A DNA stretch of 64,000 nt from Armatimonadota bacterium (GCA_041690135.1 JAWLHY010000014.1:110150-174149); one strand, 5' to 3'; positions 10,166-20,576 are shown, counted from the first letter of the stretch. Translations and numbers: made by a program. Notes: a model not told the origin generated them from the letters alone.

Positions 10166-10912
10166 ATGCCTCCCCTCCCTTTCCCTTACTCCGCCATCAC
10201 CCACGCGCACCGCCTCGCGGTGGACCGCAAGATCCAGCTCGACCGCACGCAGATGGAAGCGCTGAAGTTCCGGCAGGTGAACGTGAAGGAAGCCTTCACG
10301 CTTCAGGGGCCGGACGGCCAGTTCTACCGGGCGAGTCTCGTCTCCGCGGGACCCCGGGGTGGGGAGGCGCTGGTTTACGAGCAGATGCCCGTAAGCCCCG
10401 AGTCGCCGCTCGACCTGACGCTGGTCTGCGCGGTCCTGAACCGGCAGCGTATGTTGCTGGTGGCGCAGAAGGCGACCGAGCTGGGAGCCACCCGGATTCA
10501 ACCGGTGTTCACCGCGCACTCCGTCGGTCCGGAGGGGCTAGAGCACGAGAAGGCCCACGCCTGGCCGGGCGCCGCGCTGCGGGCGGTGCGCCAGTGCCGG
10601 CGCGCCACGGTGCCCCAACTCCTGCCGGCAGTTCCCCTTCAGGAGGTGCTGGCCGCCGAGTTCTGGACGAGCGCCCCGGTCCGCTTCTACCTGGACGACC
10701 GGGCGGAGCGGAGCGGCCGGATGGTGCGAGGGCCGGAAGCCACTTGCCTCGCCGTGGGCCCGGAAGGGGGCTGGTCGGAGGAAGAGCGGGATCTCCTTCG
10801 AAGCGCCGGTGCGGAACCCCTGCTCCTGGGAGGGCGGATCCTTCGCGCGGAGACGGCGGTACTCGTGGGCCTGAGCCTCGTCCAGCATCGCATGGGAGAC
10901 CTGAAGCCTTAA
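10166..10912 (+). CDS. rsmE: 16S rRNA m3U1498 methyltransferase
   Basis: QKATELGA, AVRQCRR, VGPEGGWS and LGGRILRAETA SPOUT motifs. Confidence 0.92.
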   Translation: MPPLPFPYSAITHAHRLAVDRKIQLDRTQMEALKFRQVNVKEAFTLQGPDGQFYRASLVSAGPRGGEALVYEQMPVSPESPLDLTLVCAVLNRQRMLLVAQKATELGATRIQPVFTAHSVGPEGLEHEKAHAWPGAALRAVRQCRRATVPQLLPAVPLQEVLAAEFWTSAPVRFYLDDRAERSGRMVRGPEATCLAVGPEGGWSEEERDLLRSAGAEPLLLGGRILRAETAVLVGLSLVQHRMGDLKP

Positions 10913-10914
10913 AG

Positions 10915-11940
10915 TCAAAGGGTGACCGGAGTTCCGGACCGCAGCGAGGCCTCTCCGGCCGCGCTGACGGCGGTGGCTGCGCCGGCTACCTGGAGGTCGG
11001 CCAAGGGTGGCTCTCCCGTGCGGATGCAGCGGACCCAGGACTCCAGCGCTTCCAGCGAGCCGGGGAAGCCGTCGAAGCGGTAGTCCGGCGGGCGGGGTGG
11101 TGAGAGGTCCTCCGGTTCGGGTTCCCCGCGCTGCCAGAGTAGCAACTGGCCGCCGATGATCTCCCCTTCCAGGCGCGCCTCCGTCCCCACCACATGCAGC
11201 CGGATTTCGTTGCGCGCCGCGGCGAAGACCGTGAGGCCCAGTTGCGCCTGGACCTCGTTGTCGAACTCGACCGTGCAGGAAAGATAGTCCGGCAGCACGC
11301 CGCCTAGCACCTTGCCGCCTGTGGCATAGACCTGCCGGGGCCGGCCTCCGGAGAGGGCATTGAACAGGTCGAGGTAGTGGATTCCCAACTCCAGCAGCAT
11401 GCCGCCGGCGAGGCTGGGGTCACTCCGCCAGCCGCGCGGGCCGCCCCAGTCTCGCATCAGAAGGCAGGACAGCAGCTTCGGTGCGCCGATCCGCCCTGCG
11501 GTGACCGCTTCGACCATGCTCCGCACCACGTCGCTGTAGCGAAGCTCCAGACCGGCCTGGAAGACCGTTCTCGCGTGTGCGAGCGCTGTCTCGATCCGCC
11601 GGATTCCCTCCGGAGAAAGGGCGACCGGCTTCTCGCAGTAGACGTGTTTCCCCCGGTCCAGCGCGGCCACGGCCAGTTCCGCGTGCGTGTGGTTCGGCGT
11701 GCAGACGAGGACCGCGTCGATCTCCGGGTCTTCCATCAGGTCCAGCGGGTCCTCATAGAAACAGAGCGGACCACCCCACGCCTCCCGGGCCTGGGCCCGG
11801 CGCTCCAGGTCGTTGGAAGACACGGAGATCACCTTTACCCCCGGAATCCGCCGCAGGTTGGGGAGGTGGACCGTGCGCGTCCAGTTGCCCGCTCCCAGGA
11901 CGCCGATGCGGAGGAGGCTTTTCTCGCCGGTGTCACTCAT
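10915..11940 (-). CDS. Gfo/Idh/MocA family oxidoreductase
   Basis: IGVLGAG, DAVLVCTPNHTH, GKHVYCEKP, GGMLLELGIHYLD. Alternative start at 11955. Confidence 0.92.
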   Translation of the reverse strand: MSDTGEKSLLRIGVLGAGNWTRTVHLPNLRRIPGVKVISVSSNDLERRAQAREAWGGPLCFYEDPLDLMEDPEIDAVLVCTPNHTHAELAVAALDRGKHVYCEKPVALSPEGIRRIETALAHARTVFQAGLELRYSDVVRSMVEAVTAGRIGAPKLLSCLLMRDWGGPRGWRSDPSLAGGMLLELGIHYLDLFNALSGGRPRQVYATGGKVLGGVLPDYLSCTVEFDNEVQAQLGLTVFAAARNEIRLHVVGTEARLEGEIIGGQLLLWQRGEPEPEDLSPPRPPDYRFDGFPGSLEALESWVRCIRTGEPPLADLQVAGAATAVSAAGEASLRSGTPVTL

Positions 11941-11958
11941 CGGAAGGACTTCCATGGG

Positions 11959-11988
11959 AAAAGGCCACCCCGCGCGGGAGTGGCCTTC
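11959..11988 (-). terminator. Probable intrinsic terminator
   Basis: Minus strand reads AAGGCCACTCCCGC-GCGGGGTGGCC-TTTT, just after the stop of the 64-aa ORF. Confidence 0.55.
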
Positions 11989-12000
11989 ATCAGTGCGTAT

Positions 12001-12195
12001 TCAAACTGTCGCGTCGGGTTTCAGCCGCTGGAGATCCTGTTTGATCTGCTCGATCCGTTCGAAACAGTCATCGATAATCGCCGGGACCTGTTCCAGCTCT
12101 CTGTCAGCCTTGGCCTTCCGCGCAATCACGGCTACCACGGTGGCGGCCGCTCCCACCGCAACCGCGGCGTAGAGAAGGTAAGCCCACCTGTTCAT
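12001..12195 (-). CDS. Small membrane-anchored hypothetical protein
   Basis: 64 aa with an N-terminal hydrophobic helix and an amphipathic/coiled tail. Co-oriented with the response regulator. Confidence 0.65.
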   Translation of the reverse strand: MNRWAYLLYAAVAVGAAATVVAVIARKAKADRELEQVPAIIDDCFERIEQIKQDLQRLKPDATV

Positions 12196-12246
12196 TCGCC
12201 TTCTGGTCTTCCTAGAATCCCTACAGCCCCGGGCAAAATCGCCGGC

Positions 12247-12660
12247 TTACAGCTTGTAGCGCGCGCCGCCGCCTACTTCGGGGGAACTGCTCAGGCTGTC
12301 GAAGATGCGCTTGACGAACGTCAGCAACTCCATCGGGTTGAACGGCTTCGTCAGGTAACAGTCGACACCGGACTGCCAGCCGCGGAAAACGTCCGCGTCC
12401 TGCGCCTTCGCCGTGAGCATGATCACCGGAATATCGCGGGTCGTTTCGTCGGCCTTGAGGTTCTTCAGGACCTCGAAGCCGTCCATGTAGGGCATCATAA
12501 CGTCCAGCACGACGAGGTCGGGATTCTCGGACTTGACCTTCTCGAGAGCTTCCTTCCCATCGTAGGCCGTTACCACCTCGTAACCGGCGCGCTGCAGGTT
12601 GACCTCGACCAGTCGTACGATGTGGCGTTCGTCATCTACCGCCAGGATCTTCTTGGGCAT
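12247..12660 (-). CDS. Single-domain response regulator (receiver only)
   Basis: KILAVDDE, PDLVVLDVMMP, VIMLTA, YLTKPF. SD GGAG before ATG 12660. Confidence 0.93.
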   Translation of the reverse strand: MPKKILAVDDERHIVRLVEVNLQRAGYEVVTAYDGKEALEKVKSENPDLVVLDVMMPYMDGFEVLKNLKADETTRDIPVIMLTAKAQDADVFRGWQSGVDCYLTKPFNPMELLTFVKRIFDSLSSSPEVGGGARYKL

Positions 12661-13139
12661 TTCAGCGTATCTCCATCCCTGCGGACAGCTTACCACGGGG
12701 CCGGTGCGGCGTCAACGAAAGCCGCCCCCCGGGGGAGCAAGCGCCAGTGGCTGCTGTACTGTTTTAGCTCTATTCACTGTCCTTTTGCCACATTCCTGCG
12801 TGCCCGTGGGGAGAGGAAACGAGGGCTGATCTGCGACCGAGCCTGCGGAGGCGGCCGGCGCCGGCTGAACCAGGACAGTCGGCAGAACGAGGCGTTCCTG
12901 AATGCGACGTGATCGACCTGCCATGGGTGTTGACGCGGAGAAGGGAGGCTGAAGTTCCCCAGATCCTGCCTACTTAGGTCCTTTAAGGAAAGGGGGTCCG
13001 GGTACGCACGAGGCGGGGGTGTCCGCAGCCGAACGCTCCCGCCTTCCACTTGCACGGTTACCGGAATGGCGGCCCCCATTCCCCCAATCATTCCCCTTCT
13101 CCCATTCGCACGGGCGACCCGGAGCAATCCGCGGGAACA

Positions 13140-14318
13140 CTACCGCTGGAACCGCCCCAGGTTCATGAAGTTCATCCCCGCGGGTGGAGTAGCGGGCTGC
13201 TGCGGCGCGCCCAGGCCCATTCCCATGCCATCTTTGCCCATCGGGTCGGGTCCACCGATGCCGCCTTCGCGCATGTACTTCAGGAACGCTTCCTTGTCCG
13301 GGGCTTTGATCATCGCCTCTTCCTGCGTGACCCGGCCCTGGATAACCAGCTCGCTCAGGGATTGTTCCAGCGTCTGCATCCCTTCCTTGACCCCCGTCTG
13401 GATCACGGAAGGAAGCTGGAAGGTCTTCCCCTCGCGGATGAGGTTGCGCACGGCCGGCGTGGAGACCAGGATCTCGACGGCGGCGGCCCGGCCTTTTCCG
13501 TTGGCGGTCTTCAACAGGGTCTGGGCGACGACGCCGCGGATGGACTCCGAGAGCTGCGCGCGGATCTGCGCCTGCTGATGCGATGGGAAGACGTCGATGA
13601 TACGGTCGATCGTCTGCGCGGCGCTGCTGGTGTGCAGGGTGCCGAAGACCAGGTGTCCGGTTTCCGCCGCCGATACCGCCAGCGAGATCGTTTCCAGGTC
13701 GCGCATTTCACCGACGAGGATCACGTCCGGGTCTTCGCGGAGGGCGGCGCGGAGCGCGGTGGCGAAGGAGATCGTATGCGGCCCCACTTCCCGCTGGTTC
13801 ACCACGCACTGCTTGTGGGGATGAACAAATTCGATCGGGTCTTCCACCGTCAGGATGTGGCCGTGGCGAGTGCAGTTGATCTGGTCGATCAGCGCGGCCA
13901 GGGTAGTCGATTTGCCCGAACCGGTGGGACCGGTCACCAGCACCAACCCCCGTTCGTACTCCGCCAGCTTGCTGACGATGGGGGGCAGCCCCAGGTCCTC
14001 CACCGACATGATCCGCGAGGGGATGACGCGAAACACGGCTCCCACCCCCTGGTGACCCATGAAGCCGTTGACCCGGAAGCGACCCGCTTCGCCGAAGTCG
14101 AGGGAGAAGTCGATATCGTGCGTCTCCTCGAACTTCGCGCGCTGCCGGTCGTTCATGATCTGGTACACCAGCTCGTGCGTCTCATCCCGGGTGAGCGGCG
14201 GGTAGTTCATCGGCTCGATCTCGCCGTGGACGCGCACTGCCGGCGGGAGCCCGACCGTGATGTGGAGGTCGGAGGCCCGGTTCTCCAGGGTATAGATCAA
14301 CAGTTCGGAAATATCCAT
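13140..14318 (-). CDS. pilT: Type IV pilus retraction ATPase PilT
   Basis: ASDLHI, GPTGSGKST, EDPIEF, ALREDPD, ETGHLVFGTLH and the PilT signature AVRNLIRE. Confidence 0.95.
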   Translation of the reverse strand: MDISELLIYTLENRASDLHITVGLPPAVRVHGEIEPMNYPPLTRDETHELVYQIMNDRQRAKFEETHDIDFSLDFGEAGRFRVNGFMGHQGVGAVFRVIPSRIMSVEDLGLPPIVSKLAEYERGLVLVTGPTGSGKSTTLAALIDQINCTRHGHILTVEDPIEFVHPHKQCVVNQREVGPHTISFATALRAALREDPDVILVGEMRDLETISLAVSAAETGHLVFGTLHTSSAAQTIDRIIDVFPSHQQAQIRAQLSESIRGVVAQTLLKTANGKGRAAAVEILVSTPAVRNLIREGKTFQLPSVIQTGVKEGMQTLEQSLSELVIQGRVTQEEAMIKAPDKEAFLKYMREGGIGGPDPMGKDGMGMGLGAPQQPATPPAGMNFMNLGRFQR

Positions 14319-14335
14319 AGAACCCTCGTTTCAGG

Positions 14336-15409
14336 CTACCGGTTGGCAGAGACGAAACCGCGCATCTTGAGGCGCAGGTCATTGGGGCTGTCGGCGGCGA
14401 GCAGGGCCGACTCCTGGTCGATGAGGCCGGCCTCGTACAGCTTGTAGACCGACTGGTCGAAGGTGATCATTCCGTCACGGTCCCCCGCGGCGATGGCCAT
14501 CTTCAGATCTCCGATCTCGCCGCGTTTCAGCAGTTCGCGCACGCGCGGTGTTCCCAGCAGGATCTCGAGCGCCAGGTAGCGACGCCCGGTGCTGCCGCGA
14601 ATGAGACGCTGGGAGACGATGCCGCGCAGGTTAAAGGCCAGCAGGGCGTAGATTTCCGGATGCCGGTCGGCCGGGAAAAACTGGAGGACACGTTCGACCG
14701 ACTGGTTCGCATTCGTGCTGTGCAGGGTACCGAGCACCAGGTGGCCCGTTTCCGAAAGATGGATGGCCGTTTCGGCGCATTCCGCGTCCCGGATCTCGCC
14801 CATCAGCAGCACGTCGGGTGCCTGGCGGAGGGCCGCCTTCAAGGCGTCGTGGAACGTATCGACGTCCGATCCCACCTCTCGCTGGCTGACGACACAGCTC
14901 TTGTCGGGGTGGAGAAATTCGATCGGGTCCTCAATGGTCACGATGTGGCCCTGGCTGTTCTGGTTGCGGTGATCGACCATGGCGGCCAGGGTGGTGGACT
15001 TCCCGCTGCCGGTGGCGCCGGTCACCAGCACCAGCCCGCGCGGCTGCATCACCAGCTCTTTCAGCACGTCCGGCAGGCCCAACTCGTCGGCGGTCGGTAC
15101 CACGGTGTTGATGCGCCGGTAGACCATGGCCACGGTGCCACGCTGGCGGTAGCAGTTGCCGCGGAACCGGCCGCCATCGGGAATGGCGTAGCCGAAATCG
15201 ACCTGATTGTGGTCCAGGAAGTACTGATAGTCCTTGGGCCGGAGTACCTGTCGCGCCGCCTCCTCCATTTCTTCCGGAGTGACGGGCGGGTGCGCCTCCA
15301 CGGGCAGCGCGCGCCCGGCGATCTTGTAGGTGGGGGGAATGGGGGGCTTCAGGAAGAGGTCCGAAGCGTTCAGACCTTCCATCTGCGACAGCAGTTTGTC
15401 GATATCCAT
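14336..15409 (-). CDS. pilU: PilT/PilU family ATPase (PilU-like)
   Basis: ASDLFL, GATGSGKST, ALRQAPD, TLHSTNANQ, ADSPNDLRLK. Confidence 0.9.
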   Translation of the reverse strand: MDIDKLLSQMEGLNASDLFLKPPIPPTYKIAGRALPVEAHPPVTPEEMEEAARQVLRPKDYQYFLDHNQVDFGYAIPDGGRFRGNCYRQRGTVAMVYRRINTVVPTADELGLPDVLKELVMQPRGLVLVTGATGSGKSTTLAAMVDHRNQNSQGHIVTIEDPIEFLHPDKSCVVSQREVGSDVDTFHDALKAALRQAPDVLLMGEIRDAECAETAIHLSETGHLVLGTLHSTNANQSVERVLQFFPADRHPEIYALLAFNLRGIVSQRLIRGSTGRRYLALEILLGTPRVRELLKRGEIGDLKMAIAAGDRDGMITFDQSVYKLYEAGLIDQESALLAADSPNDLRLKMRGFVSANR

Positions 15410-15486
15410 CGGTTGCTAAGCCTCGTGCGGTGGTGGGGGATGGCCCGGAACACCATTATCGGCAAGCAGACCGGCGGCTAAAGGCG

Positions 15487-16809
15487 TTATTCTCCAATAC
15501 CCGTTCGGGAAGCGACGCGGGGCCGGGTGAGCCGGGCGCGGGCCTCGGCTACGGAGGGCGCCGGCGCCACCTCGGTGCCGGAGTAGTAGTGGCGGATGAT
15601 CTCCTCGAACGGCAGGCCCTGACGACCCATCCCGTTTGCGCCGAACTGGCACAGGCCCACGCCGTGACCGTAGCCCCGTCCCTCGAGTTCCACGCCCTTT
15701 TCACCCTCGCGAACTTCGAACTTGAGACTCTTGACCACCGAGAGCCCCAGCATCCGCCGCCACTGCTCGCCGGAGAACCGCTTCAGGAGCGCGGAGTCGG
15801 ACATCGCGGGCAGCTTGAGCATCCCCGACATCGTCGCGTTGGGCGTCTCGGCGGGGTCCGCGGCCGGAGCTACGGTACCGGCCGGCCCCAGGTGCAGCAA
15901 GCGGACGCGTCCGCTTTCCGTAAGGTCGGCCACCTCCAGGCGGAGCTCCGGGTGGGAGCGCCCGAAGAGAGTGCGGAGCCGCTCGGGAGTGAGTGTTACT
16001 TTCCACCGGTGCGAGCGGTTGACGGCGCAATACGGCTCGCCCTGCGGCTCGGGGGCATCCTCCACGGGCCGCAGGTACGGCAGCGGCCGGGCGCCCTTCC
16101 AGGCATTCTCGTTGGCCTCGGTGTAACCGCCGCAGTCCGAGCTGTAAACCGCGTCGATCACCTCGCCGTCGTAGAGGGCGCAGAGCCCCCGGGTGGCCGC
16201 CACGGCCTCCTTGATGCTGGCCGCCACGCTGCCGATGCCCTTGTACACCTGGCAGTGCGTGGTGTCGCAGAGATCGTTCTTGCCGAGAAACGCCTTGCGA
16301 TAGCTGTAGGAGCGCGCGGCGATCGCCATTGCCCGGATAGCTTCCGGATGGAACAGCGCGGGGCACTCCCCGCACAACACGCCCTCCGTATAGCGGTCCA
16401 GGTCGCACTCGTTGGCCAGGCTCAGCCGCCCGCCGGAAGCGGAGACCAGCAGGGCGCCGGGGTACACCCGCTTCGCCTTGCCCGCTTCGACCGCCAGGGC
16501 TTCCGCTTCGACCCGGAAAGTCGCGGATTTCTTATCCCCCCACACCACCTGCTTCCCGGAGGCAGCGAGCACGAGCTTTTCGCCCGCCGCTGTGGCTTCG
16601 CCCGCCTCGCCCAAGGTTACCCGCAGCCCACCCGCGGCGGTGAGCGTGATTCGGGAAGGGCTGCCGAGGGCCGTGAGACGTACCTTTACGGGAGGGAGAG
16701 CGGCGGGAACGGCTACGGGTTCCGGCTCTTCCTGGGCTCCAATGCCGGCGGCGACCAGGCAGAGGAGTGCGGAGGGGATCAGAAGTGGGCGAAAACGCAT
16801 AACAGCCAT
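15487..16809 (-). CDS. SpoIID/LytB domain protein (lytic transglycosylase family)
   Basis: Signal peptide; YTEGVLCGE, EAIRAMAIAARSY, LCDTTHCQVY, YSSDCGG, PYLRPV, GYGHGVGLCQFGA. Start at 16809 or 16800. Confidence 0.92.
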   Translation of the reverse strand: MAVMRFRPLLIPSALLCLVAAGIGAQEEPEPVAVPAALPPVKVRLTALGSPSRITLTAAGGLRVTLGEAGEATAAGEKLVLAASGKQVVWGDKKSATFRVEAEALAVEAGKAKRVYPGALLVSASGGRLSLANECDLDRYTEGVLCGECPALFHPEAIRAMAIAARSYSYRKAFLGKNDLCDTTHCQVYKGIGSVAASIKEAVAATRGLCALYDGEVIDAVYSSDCGGYTEANENAWKGARPLPYLRPVEDAPEPQGEPYCAVNRSHRWKVTLTPERLRTLFGRSHPELRLEVADLTESGRVRLLHLGPAGTVAPAADPAETPNATMSGMLKLPAMSDSALLKRFSGEQWRRMLGLSVVKSLKFEVREGEKGVELEGRGYGHGVGLCQFGANGMGRQGLPFEEIIRHYYSGTEVAPAPSVAEARARLTRPRVASRTGIGE

Positions 16810-17023
16810 TCGTCTCGCAAGGGATCGGGCGGGTGATCGGGCGGGTGATCGGCCAGGGGAAAGACCGGACCCGGGTGCTAATTCGAACCACCGGCAAGCG
16901 GGATGCCGCCCTTTATTCTTGTCGGCGGGTGGCTGTTTTCCCTCCAGGCGGAGAAATGGCGGGGACGCCTCTACCTTTCGTAGGGAGATCCGGCCTTCGG
17001 AAGTAGGGGAGTGTCGCGCCTGG

Positions 17024-17443
17024 TTACAGAGCCCGCATCCGGTTATTCCGCGGGTTGTTCTCCACTTCCGCCAGGCCCAGCACTTGCAGCACCGGGGGCA
17101 CATACATGGCGAAACGCCCGCGCAGGCCCTTCTTCAAGCCGTACCAGCCGCCGACCGGGTTCTCCGCGGAGCGGGCCCAGGCCTCGACCGTACCCTCCGC
17201 CGCGGGCTTCTGCTCGTCGGCGCTGCCCAGGAGCATCCAGTCGCCGTGCGCCCGCAATATCTCGTGCAGGTCGGTGAGGCAGCGCAGGTGGTAGCGAAGT
17301 TCCGTTTTGCCGACCCGCACCACCAGGGCCGGCGGGTCCAGGCTCTCATCCCGAAACGCCAGGTACTCCGACCCGCCGCTGGGCGTTTTCAGCTTCCAGG
17401 GGTCCTCACGCGTTCCGCTTCCTTCCACCGGTTCGGCTGACAT
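17024..17443 (-). CDS. Conserved hypothetical protein (DUF6855-like)
   Basis: GTREDPWKLKTP...LGSADEQKPA...VEAWARS...PVGGWYGLKKGLRGRF...RNNRMRA matches the family as I recall it. Confidence 0.8.
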   Translation of the reverse strand: MSAEPVEGSGTREDPWKLKTPSGGSEYLAFRDESLDPPALVVRVGKTELRYHLRCLTDLHEILRAHGDWMLLGSADEQKPAAEGTVEAWARSAENPVGGWYGLKKGLRGRFAMYVPPVLQVLGLAEVENNPRNNRMRAL

Positions 17444-17591
17444 ACGGCCTCCCACTCGCATGGTTGTTTCCATCCCCGGCGTTCACCAGGCCGCCTGTGT
17501 ACTCCTCCCTCCGATTCGCGGCCTACGGTCCCCCTGGCCAGCCTTGCCGCATGGTCACCATCATGTCGATCCGCCACGCAACTGTGCGTAG

Positions 17592-17617
17592 GTAGGGTCG
17601 GCTCGCAGTCGCCGACC
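17592..17617 (+). repeat. GTAG-type REP-like palindrome
   Basis: GTAG-GGTCGGC-tcgcagtc-GCCGACC. Confidence 0.5.
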
Positions 17618-18007
17618 AGGACCCTGACTTCGCACCCGTATTGCACCCCGCGCCGCCAGCCCGATTACATGCCGGATTCGGCTCGCGGGTTTCGCACCGG
17701 TCCGGCATCATGTGCCCTCGTCGTGGATCTATGCTGGCCCAGGCACTGGGAATTTGCACTCGTTGGGCACCGCCACACCCGCTGGGAACGCATCATGGTT
17801 GGCGGACGGGCTCAACGCCACGATCTGGGGAAGGGACAGCGACCATTCCCCTACCTCCTGCATCTCCGACTTCACGGTTGGTAGATAGGTACGGACGCGG
17901 GTGCGGACTTGTCGCGTGATCGCGGCCGACCAGGACTTTGCTTACGCACCCGGGATGCATGCCGCTGGCGGGACCCGATCACGATCACGAACGGCATGCG
18001 ACATGGG

Positions 18008-18031
18008 GTGGGGCGGGCGTCTCGCCCGCCC
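18008..18031. repeat. REP-like palindrome or possible terminator
   Basis: GTG-GGGCGGGCG-tct-CGCCCGCCC, 30 nt beyond the permease stop. Confidence 0.5.
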
Positions 18032-18061
18032 AAAGGCACCGTCGCTTCCGGCGTGGGACCG

Positions 18062-19411
18062 CTACGCCGCGCTGGCGAGCAGGCGCCAGTTGCGGCGCTT
18101 GAGCATGTCGAGCAGCACGGCGCCCAGGATCACGAGGCCCAGGACCACCTTCTGCGTGTAGCTCTCCACGCCGGTGAGGTTCATGCCGTTCTGGATGACG
18201 GCGATGATGAAGGCGCCGACCAGGGTTCCGAAGATCCGGCCCTCGCCGCCCTGCAGGCTGGTGCCGCCGACCACGGCCGCCGCGATGACGTACAGCTCGT
18301 ACATCAGTCCGTAGGTGGGCGCGCCGCTCTTGAGCTGCGACGCCATCACCACCCCGCCGAGACCGGCCAGCGCCCCGCTGGTGGTGTAGACGAACAACAG
18401 CACCTTCCGGATCGGCACGCCGGAGAGCCGCGCCGCTTCCGCCCGGCCCCCCACGGCATAGATGTGGCGGCCCAGGCGCGTTCGTGTCATCAGGATGTGG
18501 GCGGCGACGTAGAGCAGGGCGGTCAGCAGGACGGCGTTCGGGATGCTCAACAGGTCCGCGCCGCGCCCGAGCCAGACGAACGAGTCGGGTACCTGGTAGA
18601 TCGACTGCCCGCGCGCCAGCAGGAACGCGAACCCGCTCCCGACCATCATCATCCCCAGGGTCACGATGAACGGGGGAATGGCGAACCAGGTGACCATGGC
18701 TCCGGAAAAGAGCCCCATCACCGCGCAGGCCAGGATTCCCGCCAGTGCGCCGAGGAGCATGCCGGCGGGCCCGGCGGCCTCCGCTCCCGCGACGTTCCGG
18801 ATGATGAGCGTGGTGACGACCGCGGAGAGGGCGATGAGGCTCCCCACGGAGAGATCGATCCCCCCGGTGATGATGACCATCGTCATCCCGATCGCCAGGA
18901 TCGCGATGACCGCGATCTGGTTGGCGATGTTCACCAGGTTGGACGTTTTCAGGAAGTTGGGCCAGTAGTAGTTGCGGGGCGCCAGCACAGCGGGATCGCC
19001 CAGCGCGGGGAACTTCCCGCCCAGGTTCTCGAACACGGCCCAGCCGGCGGTCGCCTGGTTTGCCGCAATGGCCGTGAGCCCCTGGCCGCTCGCGGCGACC
19101 CGCTCCAGCGCGCGGCGGGCATCGACCGGGGAGCCCTGGACCGTCTCCACCACGGTGGCGCCGCCCGCGGTGAGCCGCTGCTGGAGGGTTGCGGCGAAGG
19201 CGGCGTCCTCCTGCGTGTCGCGGGCGGCGATGAGGACGCGGGCGTTACTCCCGAACCGCTTCAGGACCATGGCGGCGACCTGCTCCCCCGCCTGTTCGCC
19301 GGCGGGGGCCTGGAGACCGTAGGTCGCGAAGCTGTAGTAGGCGCAGAGCAGCAGCAGGACCAGGAGCATGCCGTGGCCCTGCAGGAAACGAGTCAGGGCC
19401 TTCCGCATCAC
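18062..19411 (-). CDS. Sugar ABC transporter permease (RbsC-like) with an extra extracytoplasmic domain
   Basis: GMTMVIITGGIDLSVGS, IPPFIVTLG, AVGG.AEAARLSG, YELYVIAAAVVGGTSL.GG.G. Confidence 0.92.
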   Translation of the reverse strand: MMRKALTRFLQGHGMLLVLLLLCAYYSFATYGLQAPAGEQAGEQVAAMVLKRFGSNARVLIAARDTQEDAAFAATLQQRLTAGGATVVETVQGSPVDARRALERVAASGQGLTAIAANQATAGWAVFENLGGKFPALGDPAVLAPRNYYWPNFLKTSNLVNIANQIAVIAILAIGMTMVIITGGIDLSVGSLIALSAVVTTLIIRNVAGAEAAGPAGMLLGALAGILACAVMGLFSGAMVTWFAIPPFIVTLGMMMVGSGFAFLLARGQSIYQVPDSFVWLGRGADLLSIPNAVLLTALLYVAAHILMTRTRLGRHIYAVGGRAEAARLSGVPIRKVLLFVYTTSGALAGLGGVVMASQLKSGAPTYGLMYELYVIAAAVVGGTSLQGGEGRIFGTLVGAFIIAVIQNGMNLTGVESYTQKVVLGLVILGAVLLDMLKRRNWRLLASAA

Positions 19412-20418
19412 TTCAGTTCAGGATCGGCCTCGCCGTCCTTCTGCCGGTACAGCGCCGTGGGGATGAGGGTTTCCGGCGGGAGTTCCTCGCCTTCCAGATG
19501 CTTCAGGATCGCCTGGACCGTCTGCCGGCCGATCTGATCGGGGAACTGGACCGGGTCCGCGTAGATCTTGCCTTCCTTGATCGCCTGCTTCCCTTCCGGC
19601 TGACCGTCGAAGCCGATCAGCTTCACCTGGTCCGCCTTGCCCGCCTTCTCCAGCGCGGCGCGCGCGCCCAGGGCGGAGGGATCGTTGATGGCGAAGATGC
19701 CCGCCAGGTCCGAGTGCGCCTGGAGCATGTCCTCGGCGGCCGTGTAGCCCTTGTCCTTCTTGCCGTCGCCGGGCAGCTCTTTCACGATCTCGATCTTGTT
19801 CGGGTGCGTCTTGTTATGGGCTTCGATGACTTCCTTGAAGCCCTGTACCCGGAGGATGCATGACTCGGCGACCTTGAAGTCGAGGATCCCGATCTTGCCG
19901 CCCGCTTCTCCCAGGGCCTCGATCATGGCCTCGCCGGCCAGCTTTCCGCCCTGGTAGTTATCCGTGGCGATGTGGGAGACGACCTTCACGTCCGGCGCCA
20001 GGCACTTGATGTCGGCGGTGAAGACGGGGATGCCGGCTGCGTTCGCCTCCTTGATCGCCTCGCCGATCGCCTTTGAGTCGCAGGGCGTGAGGACGATCGC
20101 GCTGACCTTGTTCACGATGAAGTCCTTCACCTGGTTCTGCTGCTTGGCGACGTCGAATTCGCCGCTCACCGCCTGCACCTGGTAGCCGTGCCTGGCCGCC
20201 TCCTCCGTCATGGTGTCGGCGATGACCTTGAAGAACGGGTTGGTGAGCGTGAGGACGGAAAGGCCGATCACTCCCTTGTTCGTCCCGGCGGCGGGGCTGG
20301 CCGAGGGAGAACTGGTCCCGGTGGTATCCGGGCCGGCGGACGGGCTCTCCCCACCCCCACACCCGCTGATGGCCAGCAAGGCCGCGGGAACGGTCAGCAG
20401 CAGGCTGCGTCTCTTCAT
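19408..20418 (-). CDS. Sugar ABC substrate-binding lipoprotein (RbsB-like)
   Basis: Lipobox ISGC; NPFF, GIPVFTAD, TDNYQGG, IFAINDPSALGA, IGFDG. Confidence 0.92.
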   Translation of the reverse strand: MKRRSLLLTVPAALLAISGCGGGESPSAGPDTTGTSSPSASPAAGTNKGVIGLSVLTLTNPFFKVIADTMTEEAARHGYQVQAVSGEFDVAKQQNQVKDFIVNKVSAIVLTPCDSKAIGEAIKEANAAGIPVFTADIKCLAPDVKVVSHIATDNYQGGKLAGEAMIEALGEAGGKIGILDFKVAESCILRVQGFKEVIEAHNKTHPNKIEIVKELPGDGKKDKGYTAAEDMLQAHSDLAGIFAINDPSALGARAALEKAGKADQVKLIGFDGQPEGKQAIKEGKIYADPVQFPDQIGRQTVQAILKHLEGEELPPETLIPTALYRQKDGEADPELK

Positions 20419-20576
20419 CGTTTCTCTGTTCCTGGTTCGGACCGCAACGGTCGGAAAATGATTGCTAGCGGATGCTTCCGCCTCCACAGGCCAGAGTCCT
20501 CTTTCCAGGGCCGATCACCGCGTACATCAAGCGCGGGTTCTTCCACATGAACCACCATTGATCTTCTGGGTGCCTT

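Noticed and set aside
12700-13130. Structured ncRNA (6S/SRP-like) between the response regulator and pilT
   Set aside because: Only weak hairpins and no recognisable conserved motif; cannot be supported without a covariance search.
16822-16852. 12-bp tandem repeat GATCGGGCGGGT (about 2.5 copies)
   Set aside because: Too short and isolated; consistent with a local slippage duplication.
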